Shown here in pieces: positions 49,748 through 57,333 of a DNA stretch of 64,000 nt. The position numbers were made by a program, and so were the translations under genes. The notes under the pieces are model-generated. The model saw only the letters and a program-made list of their open reading frames with translations. It was not told the origin of the DNA and searched no databases. Every line of letters starts with the position of its first letter. The stretch's first letter is position 1. Source of the stretch: an uncultured Oscillospiraceae bacterium (GTDB lineage: Bacteria; Bacillota; Clostridia; Oscillospirales; Oscillospiraceae); NCBI GenBank assembly GCA_910585815.1, contig CAJUFJ010000003.1, positions 17,696-81,695 on the forward strand, in the 5' to 3' direction.

Positions 49748-49841
49748 AATGTGGAGGGCCGCGGCTTTGCGCAAGCAAATTGCCCTCCCCGACATTATAG
49801 TACAAAATCAGCCGCTTGAAAAGCCGCTGATTTATTTTTTT
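49748..49841 (+). promoter_or_regulatory. candidate transcription-attenuator leader upstream of asd
   Basis: GGAGGGC/GCCCTCC hairpin at 49753-49788, then an 11-bp stem at 49807-49831 followed by TTTATTTTTTT. There is no upstream plus-strand gene for it to terminate. Confidence 0.45.
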
Positions 49842-49925
49842 CATTTGTTTCTATTTGGAAGCCAAATTCATCTATTTTTGTACCCGGACATAGAATGTCC
49901 TGAACTGATATGGAGGTTGTTGAAC

Positions 49926-51023
49926 ATGGAAAAATATAAAGTAGGTATCATCGGCGCCACCGGCATGGTGGGCCAGCGGTTTGTCACCCTGATGGAGAAC
50001 CACCCCTGGTTCCAGCTCACCGCTCTGGCTGCCAGCCCCCGCTCCGCCGGCAAGCCCTATGAACAGGCCGTGGCCGGCCGCTGGGCCATGAAGTCCCCCA
50101 TCCCCCAGGAGGCCAAGGCCCTGGTGGTGCTGGACGCCCAGGCCGACGTGGACAGGATCGCCGGCATGGTGGACTTCGTCTTCTGCGCGGTGGATATGAA
50201 AAAGGACGAAATTCGCGCCCTGGAGGAGCGGTACGCCAAGGCCGAGTGCCCTGTCGTCTCCAACAACTCCGCCAACCGCTGGACCGAGGACGTGCCCATG
50301 GTGGTGCCCGAGCTCAACGCCGAACATATCAGGATTATTGACGCCCAGCGCAAGCGTCTGGGCACCAAGCGGGGCTTTATCGCCGTCAAGTCCAACTGCT
50401 CCATCCAGAGCTACACCCCCCTGCTCACCCCCCTGATGCGGGCGGGCTACGAGGTGGACAGCGTACTGGCCTGCACCTATCAGGCCATTTCCGGCGCGGG
50501 AAAAACCTTCGAGCGCTGGCCCGAAATGGTGGATAACCTCATCCCCTACATCGGCGGTGAGGAGGAAAAGAGCGAGCAGGAGCCCCTGAAGGTGTGGGGT
50601 CACATTGAGGGCGGCAGGATCGTCAAGGCTGCCGGCCCCGCCATCACCACCCAGTGTCTCCGGGTGCCCGTGTCCGACGGCCACACCGCCGCCGTGTTCG
50701 TCCGCTTCAAGGAGGGCAAAAAGCCCACGGAGGAGCAGATCAAGGACATCTGGAAGAACTTCAAGGGCCGGGCTCAGGAGCTGGACCTCCCCTCCGCCCC
50801 CAAGCAGTTTATCCACTACTTCGAGGAGCCCGACCGTCCCCAGGCCAGAACCGACCGGGAGCTGGAGGGCGGCATGGCTATCTCCGCCGGACGCCTGCGC
50901 CCCGACAGCCAGTACGACTACAAATTTGTGGGCCTGTCCCACAACACCCTGCGCGGCGCAGCCGGTGGCAGCGTCCTGCTGGCCGAGCTGCTGTGTGCCG
51001 AGGGGTATATTGACCACAGATAA
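49926..51023 (+). CDS. asd: aspartate-semialdehyde dehydrogenase
   Basis: GIIGATGMVGQRF N-terminus and the active-site region SNCSIQ. The ATG at 49926 follows TGGAGG; the track ORF from 49749 is an in-frame upstream extension. Confidence 0.93.
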   Translation: MEKYKVGIIGATGMVGQRFVTLMENHPWFQLTALAASPRSAGKPYEQAVAGRWAMKSPIPQEAKALVVLDAQADVDRIAGMVDFVFCAVDMKKDEIRALEERYAKAECPVVSNNSANRWTEDVPMVVPELNAEHIRIIDAQRKRLGTKRGFIAVKSNCSIQSYTPLLTPLMRAGYEVDSVLACTYQAISGAGKTFERWPEMVDNLIPYIGGEEEKSEQEPLKVWGHIEGGRIVKAAGPAITTQCLRVPVSDGHTAAVFVRFKEGKKPTEEQIKDIWKNFKGRAQELDLPSAPKQFIHYFEEPDRPQARTDRELEGGMAISAGRLRPDSQYDYKFVGLSHNTLRGAAGGSVLLAELLCAEGYIDHR

Positions 51024-51277
51024 TGCAGATTCAATATACCAAGTGGCAGACACAGCGCAGAAGTCTGCCGGACAAAATATTTCTGTCAACTGGAATCCTG
51101 GTAAAGGCCTGCTCCAGGCTAAATTTAACCTGGCAGATTCGTAATCTAGCGGAGGCGGCAGAGCGGGGCGAGTTTTATTTCCAGTTGAACGTCCCCAAAG
51201 GGTGCAGGTTCAGTCCGGAGTTGCGGCAGTTCCTAAAAGAACACAAAAATACAAAGGTGAAAAGAGTGGAGCGGTAA
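51023..51277 (+). CDS. questionable small ORF / possible gene remnant
   Basis: 84-aa ORF whose TAA overlaps the next ATG (TAAATG). There is no clear RBS and no family was recognised. Confidence 0.3.
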   Translation: MQIQYTKWQTQRRSLPDKIFLSTGILVKACSRLNLTWQIRNLAEAAERGEFYFQLNVPKGCRFSPELRQFLKEHKNTKVKRVER

Positions 51278-51727
51278 ATGGGGCTGTATCTGTGCATATT
51301 TGATGAAGCCGGAGATGATATCTGCGGTGTAGAGGTTGGGCTTTATCAATATTTTGGAGATTTCAGGGCCACAGTGGATCAATATACTAACAAGGGTTTG
51401 ATTTCTCTGTTTGTGAAACCCGGCAGAAAGATATTTTCATCCCCAATGTCCACTTTATTGAACCATTCTGACTGTGACGGCAGTTGGAGCGTCCAGGACT
51501 GCAAGCTTCTGAAAGCGGAATTGGAAGAAATCAAGCAGGTTTTTTGTGAAGAACCTCCCTCCGCTAAAATAATTGCTTCCAAGCAAGACATTTTTCAGTT
51601 TTTCGGAATAACACCCAAAAATCTGTTTGAGTGTTTTGTAGATTCAGACTGCGAATTTTTAATTGACAGATTGATTGAGTTGTGCAATTTAGCCATGGAA
51701 AAAAACAGACCAATCATGTTTCAATAA
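51278..51727 (+). CDS. immunity-protein-like (Imm70-like) protein
   Basis: MGLYLCIFDE...VGLYQYFGDFR...LLNHSDCDGSW pattern as I recall for Imm70. AT-rich. Confidence 0.55.
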   Translation: MGLYLCIFDEAGDDICGVEVGLYQYFGDFRATVDQYTNKGLISLFVKPGRKIFSSPMSTLLNHSDCDGSWSVQDCKLLKAELEEIKQVFCEEPPSAKIIASKQDIFQFFGITPKNLFECFVDSDCEFLIDRLIELCNLAMEKNRPIMFQ

Positions 51728-51757
51728 TCTTGAGCTCACCAGAAAGGATGTATTTTT

Positions 51758-52645
51758 ATGAGAACTCCAGTCTTCACCGGCTCCTGCCCCGCCCTGGTGA
51801 CCCCCTTTGACGACCACGGCACCATCAACTACGACGCCTTCGGCAAGCTGATTGACGCTCAGATTGAATCCGGCGTGGACGCGGTGTGCGTCTGCGGCAC
51901 CACCGGCGAGTCGGCCACCATGTCCATCCGGGAGCACATCGCCGCCGTGGAGTTCTGCGTCAAGCGGGTGGACCACCGGGTGAAGGTGATCGCCGGCGCA
52001 GGCTCTAACGACACCTCCGCTGCCGTCTACCTGTCCCAGCACGCCCAGGACTCGGGCGCCGACGCCCTGCTCCACGTCACCCCCTACTACAACAAGGCCA
52101 GCCAGACCGGTCTCATCAAGCACTACGAGTACATCGCCGACCGCACCGAGCTGCCCATTATCATGTACAACGTGCCCAGCCGCACCGGCGTGTCCTTCAC
52201 CGCCGACACCTATAAGATTTTGTCGGAAAACCCCAAAATCAACGGCGTGAAGGAGGCCAGCGGAAACTTCTCCCTCCTGGCCCACACCCGCTACCTCTGC
52301 CCCGACGACTTCTACATCTGGTCGGGCAACGACGACCAGGTGGTCCCCATGATGGCCCTGGGGGCCAAGGGGGTCATCTCGGTGGCCAGCAACATCATCC
52401 CCGAAGTCATGGTGGAGATGAGTCACCTCTGTCTGGACAACGACTTTGCCGCCGCCTCTCAGCTCCAGATCAAGTACATGGACCTGATCGATGCCCTGTT
52501 CTGCGAGGTCAACCCCATCCCCATCAAGGCCGCTATGAATTTGATGGGCATGGAAGCTGGTCCCCTGCGCCTGCCCTTGTGCGACATGTCGGAGAAGAAT
52601 CTGGCCGTCCTCCGTGCCTCCATGGAGCGGATGGGTCTGCTGTAA
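51758..52645 (+). CDS. dapA: 4-hydroxy-tetrahydrodipicolinate synthase
   Basis: GTTGES, YNVP.RT and KEASG motifs. Confidence 0.95.
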   Translation: MRTPVFTGSCPALVTPFDDHGTINYDAFGKLIDAQIESGVDAVCVCGTTGESATMSIREHIAAVEFCVKRVDHRVKVIAGAGSNDTSAAVYLSQHAQDSGADALLHVTPYYNKASQTGLIKHYEYIADRTELPIIMYNVPSRTGVSFTADTYKILSENPKINGVKEASGNFSLLAHTRYLCPDDFYIWSGNDDQVVPMMALGAKGVISVASNIIPEVMVEMSHLCLDNDFAAASQLQIKYMDLIDALFCEVNPIPIKAAMNLMGMEAGPLRLPLCDMSEKNLAVLRASMERMGLL

Positions 52646-52714
52646 AAACTCCCTCAGTCACCGCCGAGGCGGTGACAGCTCCCTCAGAGAGAGAGCCATC
52701 GAAAGGAGCATACT

Positions 52715-53470
52715 ATGCTGAAGATAATCATTTCCGGCTGCAACGGCCATATGGGCCGGGTGGTGGAGGCCCTGTGCGCCAACGATCCTGCGGTGGAGGT
52801 GTTCGCCGGCTTCGATGTGCTGGGCGCCTCCGACCGGGACTTTCCCGTCTACACCTCCCCCGCCCAGTTCGCCGGCCAGGCCGACGCGGTGATCGACTTC
52901 TCCTCCCCCGCCGCTCTGGACGGCCTGTTGGAGTTTGCCAAAGCCCGAAAGATCCCCCTGGTGCTGGCCACCACCGGCTACTCCCCGGAGCAGGTGGCTC
53001 AGGTGGGGGCCGCCGCCTGTGACGTGCCCATCTTCCGCTCCGCCAACATGTCTTTGGGCATCAATGTGCTGCTGGAGCTGGTGAAGAAGGCCGCTTCCGT
53101 CCTGGGGGACAGCTACGACATCGAGATTGTGGAGCGCCACCACCGCCGGAAGGTGGACGCCCCCTCGGGCACCGCCCTGATGATCGCCGACGCGGCGGCC
53201 CAGTCCTGCGGCCACGAGACGGAATACGTCTACGAGCGCCACTCCACCCGCCAGCCCCGGGACAAGAAGGAGATCGGCATCTCCGCCGTCCGGGGCGGCA
53301 CCATCGTGGGGGAGCATGAGATCATCTTCGCCGGCCACGACGAGATTATGGAAATCAAGCACACCGCCCTCTCCCGGGAAATCTTCGCCCAGGGGGCGGT
53401 GGAGGCCGCCAAGTTTATCGCCAGCGTGGAAAAGCCGGGACTGTATGACATGAGCTGTCTGGTGAAATAG
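52715..53470 (+). CDS. dapB: 4-hydroxy-tetrahydrodipicolinate reductase
   Basis: GCNGHMGR N-terminus and the E.HH..K.DAPSGTA motif. Confidence 0.95.
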   Translation: MLKIIISGCNGHMGRVVEALCANDPAVEVFAGFDVLGASDRDFPVYTSPAQFAGQADAVIDFSSPAALDGLLEFAKARKIPLVLATTGYSPEQVAQVGAAACDVPIFRSANMSLGINVLLELVKKAASVLGDSYDIEIVERHHRRKVDAPSGTALMIADAAAQSCGHETEYVYERHSTRQPRDKKEIGISAVRGGTIVGEHEIIFAGHDEIMEIKHTALSREIFAQGAVEAAKFIASVEKPGLYDMSCLVK

Positions 53471-53477
53471 TCAAAAA

Positions 53478-53510
53478 CAGTGTGTGGACCCGCTCCACAC
53501 GCTGTTTTTT
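53478..53510 (+). terminator. intrinsic terminator after dapB
   Basis: CAGTGTGTGGA-CCCGC-TCCACACGCTG followed by TTTTTT. Confidence 0.75.
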
Positions 53511-53594
53511 CCCTTCGCAACCTAAAGTTGCGCGATAGTTTGTAGCGGCAACGGCACTTTTGAGGTAAAATCGGTCCAAGAAAGGAGGTGCGAT

Positions 53595-53930
53595 ATGAGA
53601 AACGCAATCTTTTTTACTCTGGTCATGCTCCCCCTGACTGCGCTGCTGATTTACCTGCTGGTCCTCATCATCCGGGCGCTGCGCAAGTACATAAAAAGCG
53701 CGCCCATCCGGGAGGAAAACAGGGCCGTCCGCGGCTCCCTGGCGGAAAAGCTGCGGGAGCACCGGGTCCGCTGTAAGATGACCCAGGAGTTTGTGGCCGA
53801 GGCGCTGGGCGTCAGCCGTCAGGCGGTGAGCAAATGGGAAAACGGCGCGTCGGACCCCTCTACCGCCAATTTGATCGCTTTGGCGAAGCTCTACGGGGTA
53901 TCGCCGGAGGAGCTTCTGGAGGGACTGTAA
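53595..53930 (+). CDS. XRE-family HTH protein with N-terminal TM segment
   Basis: Hydrophobic N-terminus, then MTQEFVAEALGVSRQAVSKWENG. Confidence 0.8.
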   Translation: MRNAIFFTLVMLPLTALLIYLLVLIIRALRKYIKSAPIREENRAVRGSLAEKLREHRVRCKMTQEFVAEALGVSRQAVSKWENGASDPSTANLIALAKLYGVSPEELLEGL

Positions 53931-54027
53931 CAGATTGACAGGAGCGGCTTTGCGCCGCTCCTGCTTCCCTTTTTCTTGTTTTTTCTATCGGTTTATGTTA
54001 TAATTCTGGCACTTGGGAGGCGAAAGG

Positions 54028-54453
54028 ATGAAAACTATTCAGGAGCTGGAGCAGTATCTGGAGGAGAACTGCTACAATTTTGACAGCATCACCATCGGCC
54101 GCCACTACGCCTACGAGGGCCTGGTGGTGAAAAACTGCGCCCTGGGGTACTGTCTGTTCTCGTCGGAACGGGGCCATGAGACCCTGCTCAAAGCCTTCCA
54201 AACCGAGGAGGAGCTGGTAACCTACACCTTGTCCTACCTGGACAGGGACCCCTGGTACAAAGCCCACATCGTTGCGTTTACCTTTGACCAACAGCAGATT
54301 CAAAAGGCGGAAAGTGAGTTAAAATGGATGAGAATCCGATACAAACGCAACGATATCCCATACCGCGCAGGACAGACCGCCTACCGAATCTTTGTGTACG
54401 GGCGGGATATCCTTCGTCTGGAGCAGTTTAAGCGACAGTACATGCAGCGCTAA
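54028..54453 (+). CDS. hypothetical protein
   Basis: The ATG at 54028 is preferred; the track ORF starts at TTG 54013. No family recognised. Confidence 0.55.
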   Translation: MKTIQELEQYLEENCYNFDSITIGRHYAYEGLVVKNCALGYCLFSSERGHETLLKAFQTEEELVTYTLSYLDRDPWYKAHIVAFTFDQQQIQKAESELKWMRIRYKRNDIPYRAGQTAYRIFVYGRDILRLEQFKRQYMQR

Positions 54454-54465
54454 CGGGAGTCTTTT

Positions 54466-54843
54466 ATGGACATAATCAAGAAAATCAGGAAACTGTATCA
54501 GGGCAATATTCTGCTCCACCCACCGTATCTGGGAGAAAACACCGAGGAAATCCCGGAAAAACTCCTGTCCATTCTGCGCATCAGCAACGGGATTAGTGAG
54601 ACGATAGTCCACCCCAAGTCCGGCGAAAAAATTGTGATTGAATGGATTATCTACCCCTATGAGATGATGGTGAGCGACACCGCTTTTTATCGGACGGAAT
54701 ATCAAGTGGAGGGCATTGTATTTTCTGGTGACGGGGCCGGAAACCCCTATTTGCTCAAATCAAACGGGACGGTCACGCAGTTCGATGGAATAGACGGCAC
54801 GGAGACCGAAAAGGCGCATTCCCTTGAGGATTTTTTTGGCTGA
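54466..54843 (+). CDS. SMI1/KNR4 (SUKH)-like protein
   Basis: IPEKLLSILRISNG and FSGDGAGNPYLL motifs. Confidence 0.65.
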   Translation: MDIIKKIRKLYQGNILLHPPYLGENTEEIPEKLLSILRISNGISETIVHPKSGEKIVIEWIIYPYEMMVSDTAFYRTEYQVEGIVFSGDGAGNPYLLKSNGTVTQFDGIDGTETEKAHSLEDFFG

Positions 54844-54924
54844 ATTGGGGATTCATAAACTCTACGGAGCGTCGATTGCTTTTTCCTCAAAGACCTGTTA
54901 CCCTGTCTTCAGGAGGTGGAACAC

Positions 54925-55503
54925 ATGGACCAGACCAAAACCGGCGGGCTCATCCGGGCCCTGCGCACCCAAAAGGGACTGACCCAGAAGGCCCTGGCCG
55001 AGGCCATCGGCGTGGGCGACAAGGCGGTCAGTAAGTGGGAGCGGGGCCTGGGGTGCCCCGATGTGTCCCTCCTTCCGGAACTATCACGGTTTTTGGGCGT
55101 CGGGCTGGAGGCCCTGCTCTCCGGAGCGTTGGACGCCAACGACCAGGAAAGAGGAAATATGAAAAAACTAAACTTCTACGTCTGCCCCGACTGCGGCAAC
55201 CTCATCACTGCCGCCACCGAGGTGGGCGTGTCCTGCTGCGGCAGGACGCTGCTCCCGCTGGAGCCCCAAAAGCCGGAGGAGCCGCTGTCGGTGGAGAAGA
55301 TCGACGACAGCTGGTTTGTCTCCTCCTCCCACCCCATGACCAAGGACCACTACGTCTCCTTCGTGGCCCTGCTCACCGGAGACACCCTGTTCCTCCGCCG
55401 GCTCTACCCCGAGTGGGACCTGCAAACCCGCATCCCCGCCTTCGGCCACGGGATTCTGCTGTGGTACTGCACCAAACATGGGCTGTTTCGTCAACTGTTG
55501 TAA
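54925..55503 (+). CDS. XRE-HTH fused to a desulfoferrodoxin (2Fe superoxide reductase)-like module
   Basis: N-terminus LTQKALAEAIGVGDKAVSKWERG, then CPDCGN...CCG (desulforedoxin-like), then HPMTKDHY and YCTKHG (centre II-like). The ATG at 54925 lies 8 nt after AGGAGG. Confidence 0.8.
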   Translation: MDQTKTGGLIRALRTQKGLTQKALAEAIGVGDKAVSKWERGLGCPDVSLLPELSRFLGVGLEALLSGALDANDQERGNMKKLNFYVCPDCGNLITAATEVGVSCCGRTLLPLEPQKPEEPLSVEKIDDSWFVSSSHPMTKDHYVSFVALLTGDTLFLRRLYPEWDLQTRIPAFGHGILLWYCTKHGLFRQLL

Positions 55504-55515
55504 TTTTAGTAAGAG

Positions 55516-55869
55516 GTGACTGTATTGGAACTGGACGATGTATTGGTGATTGCCCTGGTTCTATTCAATCTCCTGCTCTCGATTCATCGAATCAGACAGC
55601 GGAATTTACAAACCAAATCAGAGGGAGAGCCATTCCTGAAAGAACATGTCCAGCTCCAGTCGAAGTCTAAACAGGGCTGGCTTAACAAATGGATCACAGA
55701 GGTCCTGTATCTCCATTTTCAGGTTCTCGACCGCGATGCCGTTTTGACCTGTAAAGTTTCGCAAAATGTGTGGGACCAATTTCAAAAAGGAGATCAGGGT
55801 CTTCTCTCCCATCAGGGAGGAATCTTTGTCTCTTTTACACGGGATTTTGACGGTAAAATTATAACCTGA
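55516..55869 (+). CDS. DUF2500-like protein
   Basis: N-terminal TM segment and the KGDQGLLSHQGGIFVSFTRD motif. GTG start. Confidence 0.65.
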   Translation: MTVLELDDVLVIALVLFNLLLSIHRIRQRNLQTKSEGEPFLKEHVQLQSKSKQGWLNKWITEVLYLHFQVLDRDAVLTCKVSQNVWDQFQKGDQGLLSHQGGIFVSFTRDFDGKIIT

Positions 55870-55902
55870 CTACGTACCGGTTAAGTTTTATCAAATTGCG
55901 AT

Positions 55903-56304
55903 GTGACAGCACTCACAGGTATTATCAAGGAGGAATTAAATTTGGAATTTTCCATTTTCTTGATATTTACTGCAATTATTTGTACTCCCATCTTTCTGTT
56001 TGGTCATCGCATGGACAACCTGCACGACAAATCAAAGGGTGAACCGGTTTTGACCGAAAAAGCCCGGCTGCACGCAAAGGAAGAATATGGAAAATATGGC
56101 GGTATAAAATACCTCAATTTTTATATCCCTGAAAGGGATACCGTTGTTGTGTGCAAAGTCCCAGATAATATTTGGACATATCTTCCAAAAGGAGATTGGG
56201 GTATGCTTTGTCATCAAGGCGGAACCTTTTTCTCCTTTACACGGGACTGTAACGGAGAAGTCATAACCGCCAATACCATACACGGCAACAGCCTGAATGA
56301 ATAA
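55903..56304 (+). CDS. DUF2500-like protein (tandem paralog)
   Basis: TM segment and the KGDWGMLCHQGGTFFSFTRD motif. GTG start; the start is uncertain. Confidence 0.6.
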   Translation: MTALTGIIKEELNLEFSIFLIFTAIICTPIFLFGHRMDNLHDKSKGEPVLTEKARLHAKEEYGKYGGIKYLNFYIPERDTVVVCKVPDNIWTYLPKGDWGMLCHQGGTFFSFTRDCNGEVITANTIHGNSLNE

Positions 56305-56316
56305 AGGAGAGCTACC

Positions 56317-57060
56317 ATGTCCGACCAATTCATCCGCACCCGCCTGCTGGTGGGAGACGCGCCGTTGGAGCGGCTGCAAAACGCCAAGGTCGCCGTTTTC
56401 GGCGTGGGGGGCGTAGGGGGCTACGCCGTTGAGGCACTGGCACGGTCAGGTGTAGGTACTTTACACCTCTACGACGACGATACCGTCTCCGAGAGCAACC
56501 TGAACCGGCAGCTCGCCGCCCTCCACTCCACCATCGGCCAGCCCAAGGCGGAGGTGATGGCCCGGCGAGTCCGGGACATCAACCCCACCTGTCAGGTGGA
56601 GGCCATCCGCCTGTTTTACCTCCCCCAGAACGCGGATCAGGTGGATTTATCCCCATACGACTACGTGGTGGACTGCATAGACACGGTAGCCGCCAAGCTG
56701 GAGCTAGTGACAAGGTGTAACGCCTTACAGGCAAAAATCATCTCCGCCATGGGCACCGGCAACAAATTTGACCCCTCCGCCCTGGTGGTCACCGACATCT
56801 CCAAGACCCAGGGCTGTCCCCTGGCCCGCACCATGCGCAAGGAGCTGCGGAAACGGGGCATTCACCATTTGAAGGTGGTCTACTCCACCGAGCTGCCCGC
56901 CCCTCCCCTGCGCTCTGCGGACTACGAGCCGCCGCAGACCACCGAAACCCGCCCCGGCTCCGCCGCCCGGCGGGACACTCCGGGCTCCACCCCCTTCGTC
57001 CCCGCCGCTGCCGGCCTGCTGCTGGCCTCGACAGTCGTGCGGGAGATAGGCGGATTTTGA
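56317..57060 (+). CDS. tcdA: tRNA threonylcarbamoyladenosine dehydratase (ThiF family)
   Basis: VAVFGVGGVGGYAVEALARSGVG Rossmann motif; TcdA/CsdL-like. Confidence 0.9.
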   Translation: MSDQFIRTRLLVGDAPLERLQNAKVAVFGVGGVGGYAVEALARSGVGTLHLYDDDTVSESNLNRQLAALHSTIGQPKAEVMARRVRDINPTCQVEAIRLFYLPQNADQVDLSPYDYVVDCIDTVAAKLELVTRCNALQAKIISAMGTGNKFDPSALVVTDISKTQGCPLARTMRKELRKRGIHHLKVVYSTELPAPPLRSADYEPPQTTETRPGSAARRDTPGSTPFVPAAAGLLLASTVVREIGGF

Positions 57061-57147
57061 GCAAATCAAACCGTGCCGGTCGCTGACTGGCACGGTTTGT
57101 ATGTTTTTCGCCTTTTTCGGAGATACTAGCCCCGTTTTAGAGGAGGG

Positions 57148-57333
57148 ATGATTTTGAGCCTCATTGCCTGCACCGACCCCTGCGTCTATCAGAAGGAGGG
57201 CTACTGCTCCCTGTCCCGGGCGGCCTCCGCCGGGGAGCCGGGGCAGTCCAGGTGCATCAACTTTGTACCAACCCAGCCCCTACAGCAGCGCGGCCATAGC
57301 CTCCCGGATGTTGGCCACCCGGATCAGCTCTAA
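57148..57333 (+). CDS. small cysteine-motif protein
   Basis: LIACTDPCVYQKEGYCSL...RCINFVP resembles a small conserved clostridial protein I recall. TTG at 57154 has better RBS spacing. The tail overlaps the radA 3' end. Confidence 0.45.
   Translation: MILSLIACTDPCVYQKEGYCSLSRAASAGEPGQSRCINFVPTQPLQQRGHSLPDVGHPDQL

Noticed and set aside
49749-49925. An in-frame 59-codon extension of asd.
   Set aside because: The Asd N-terminus (MEKYKVGIIGATG) starts at 49926 behind an RBS. The upstream part contains a promoter, hairpins and a T-run, and translates to implausible sequence.
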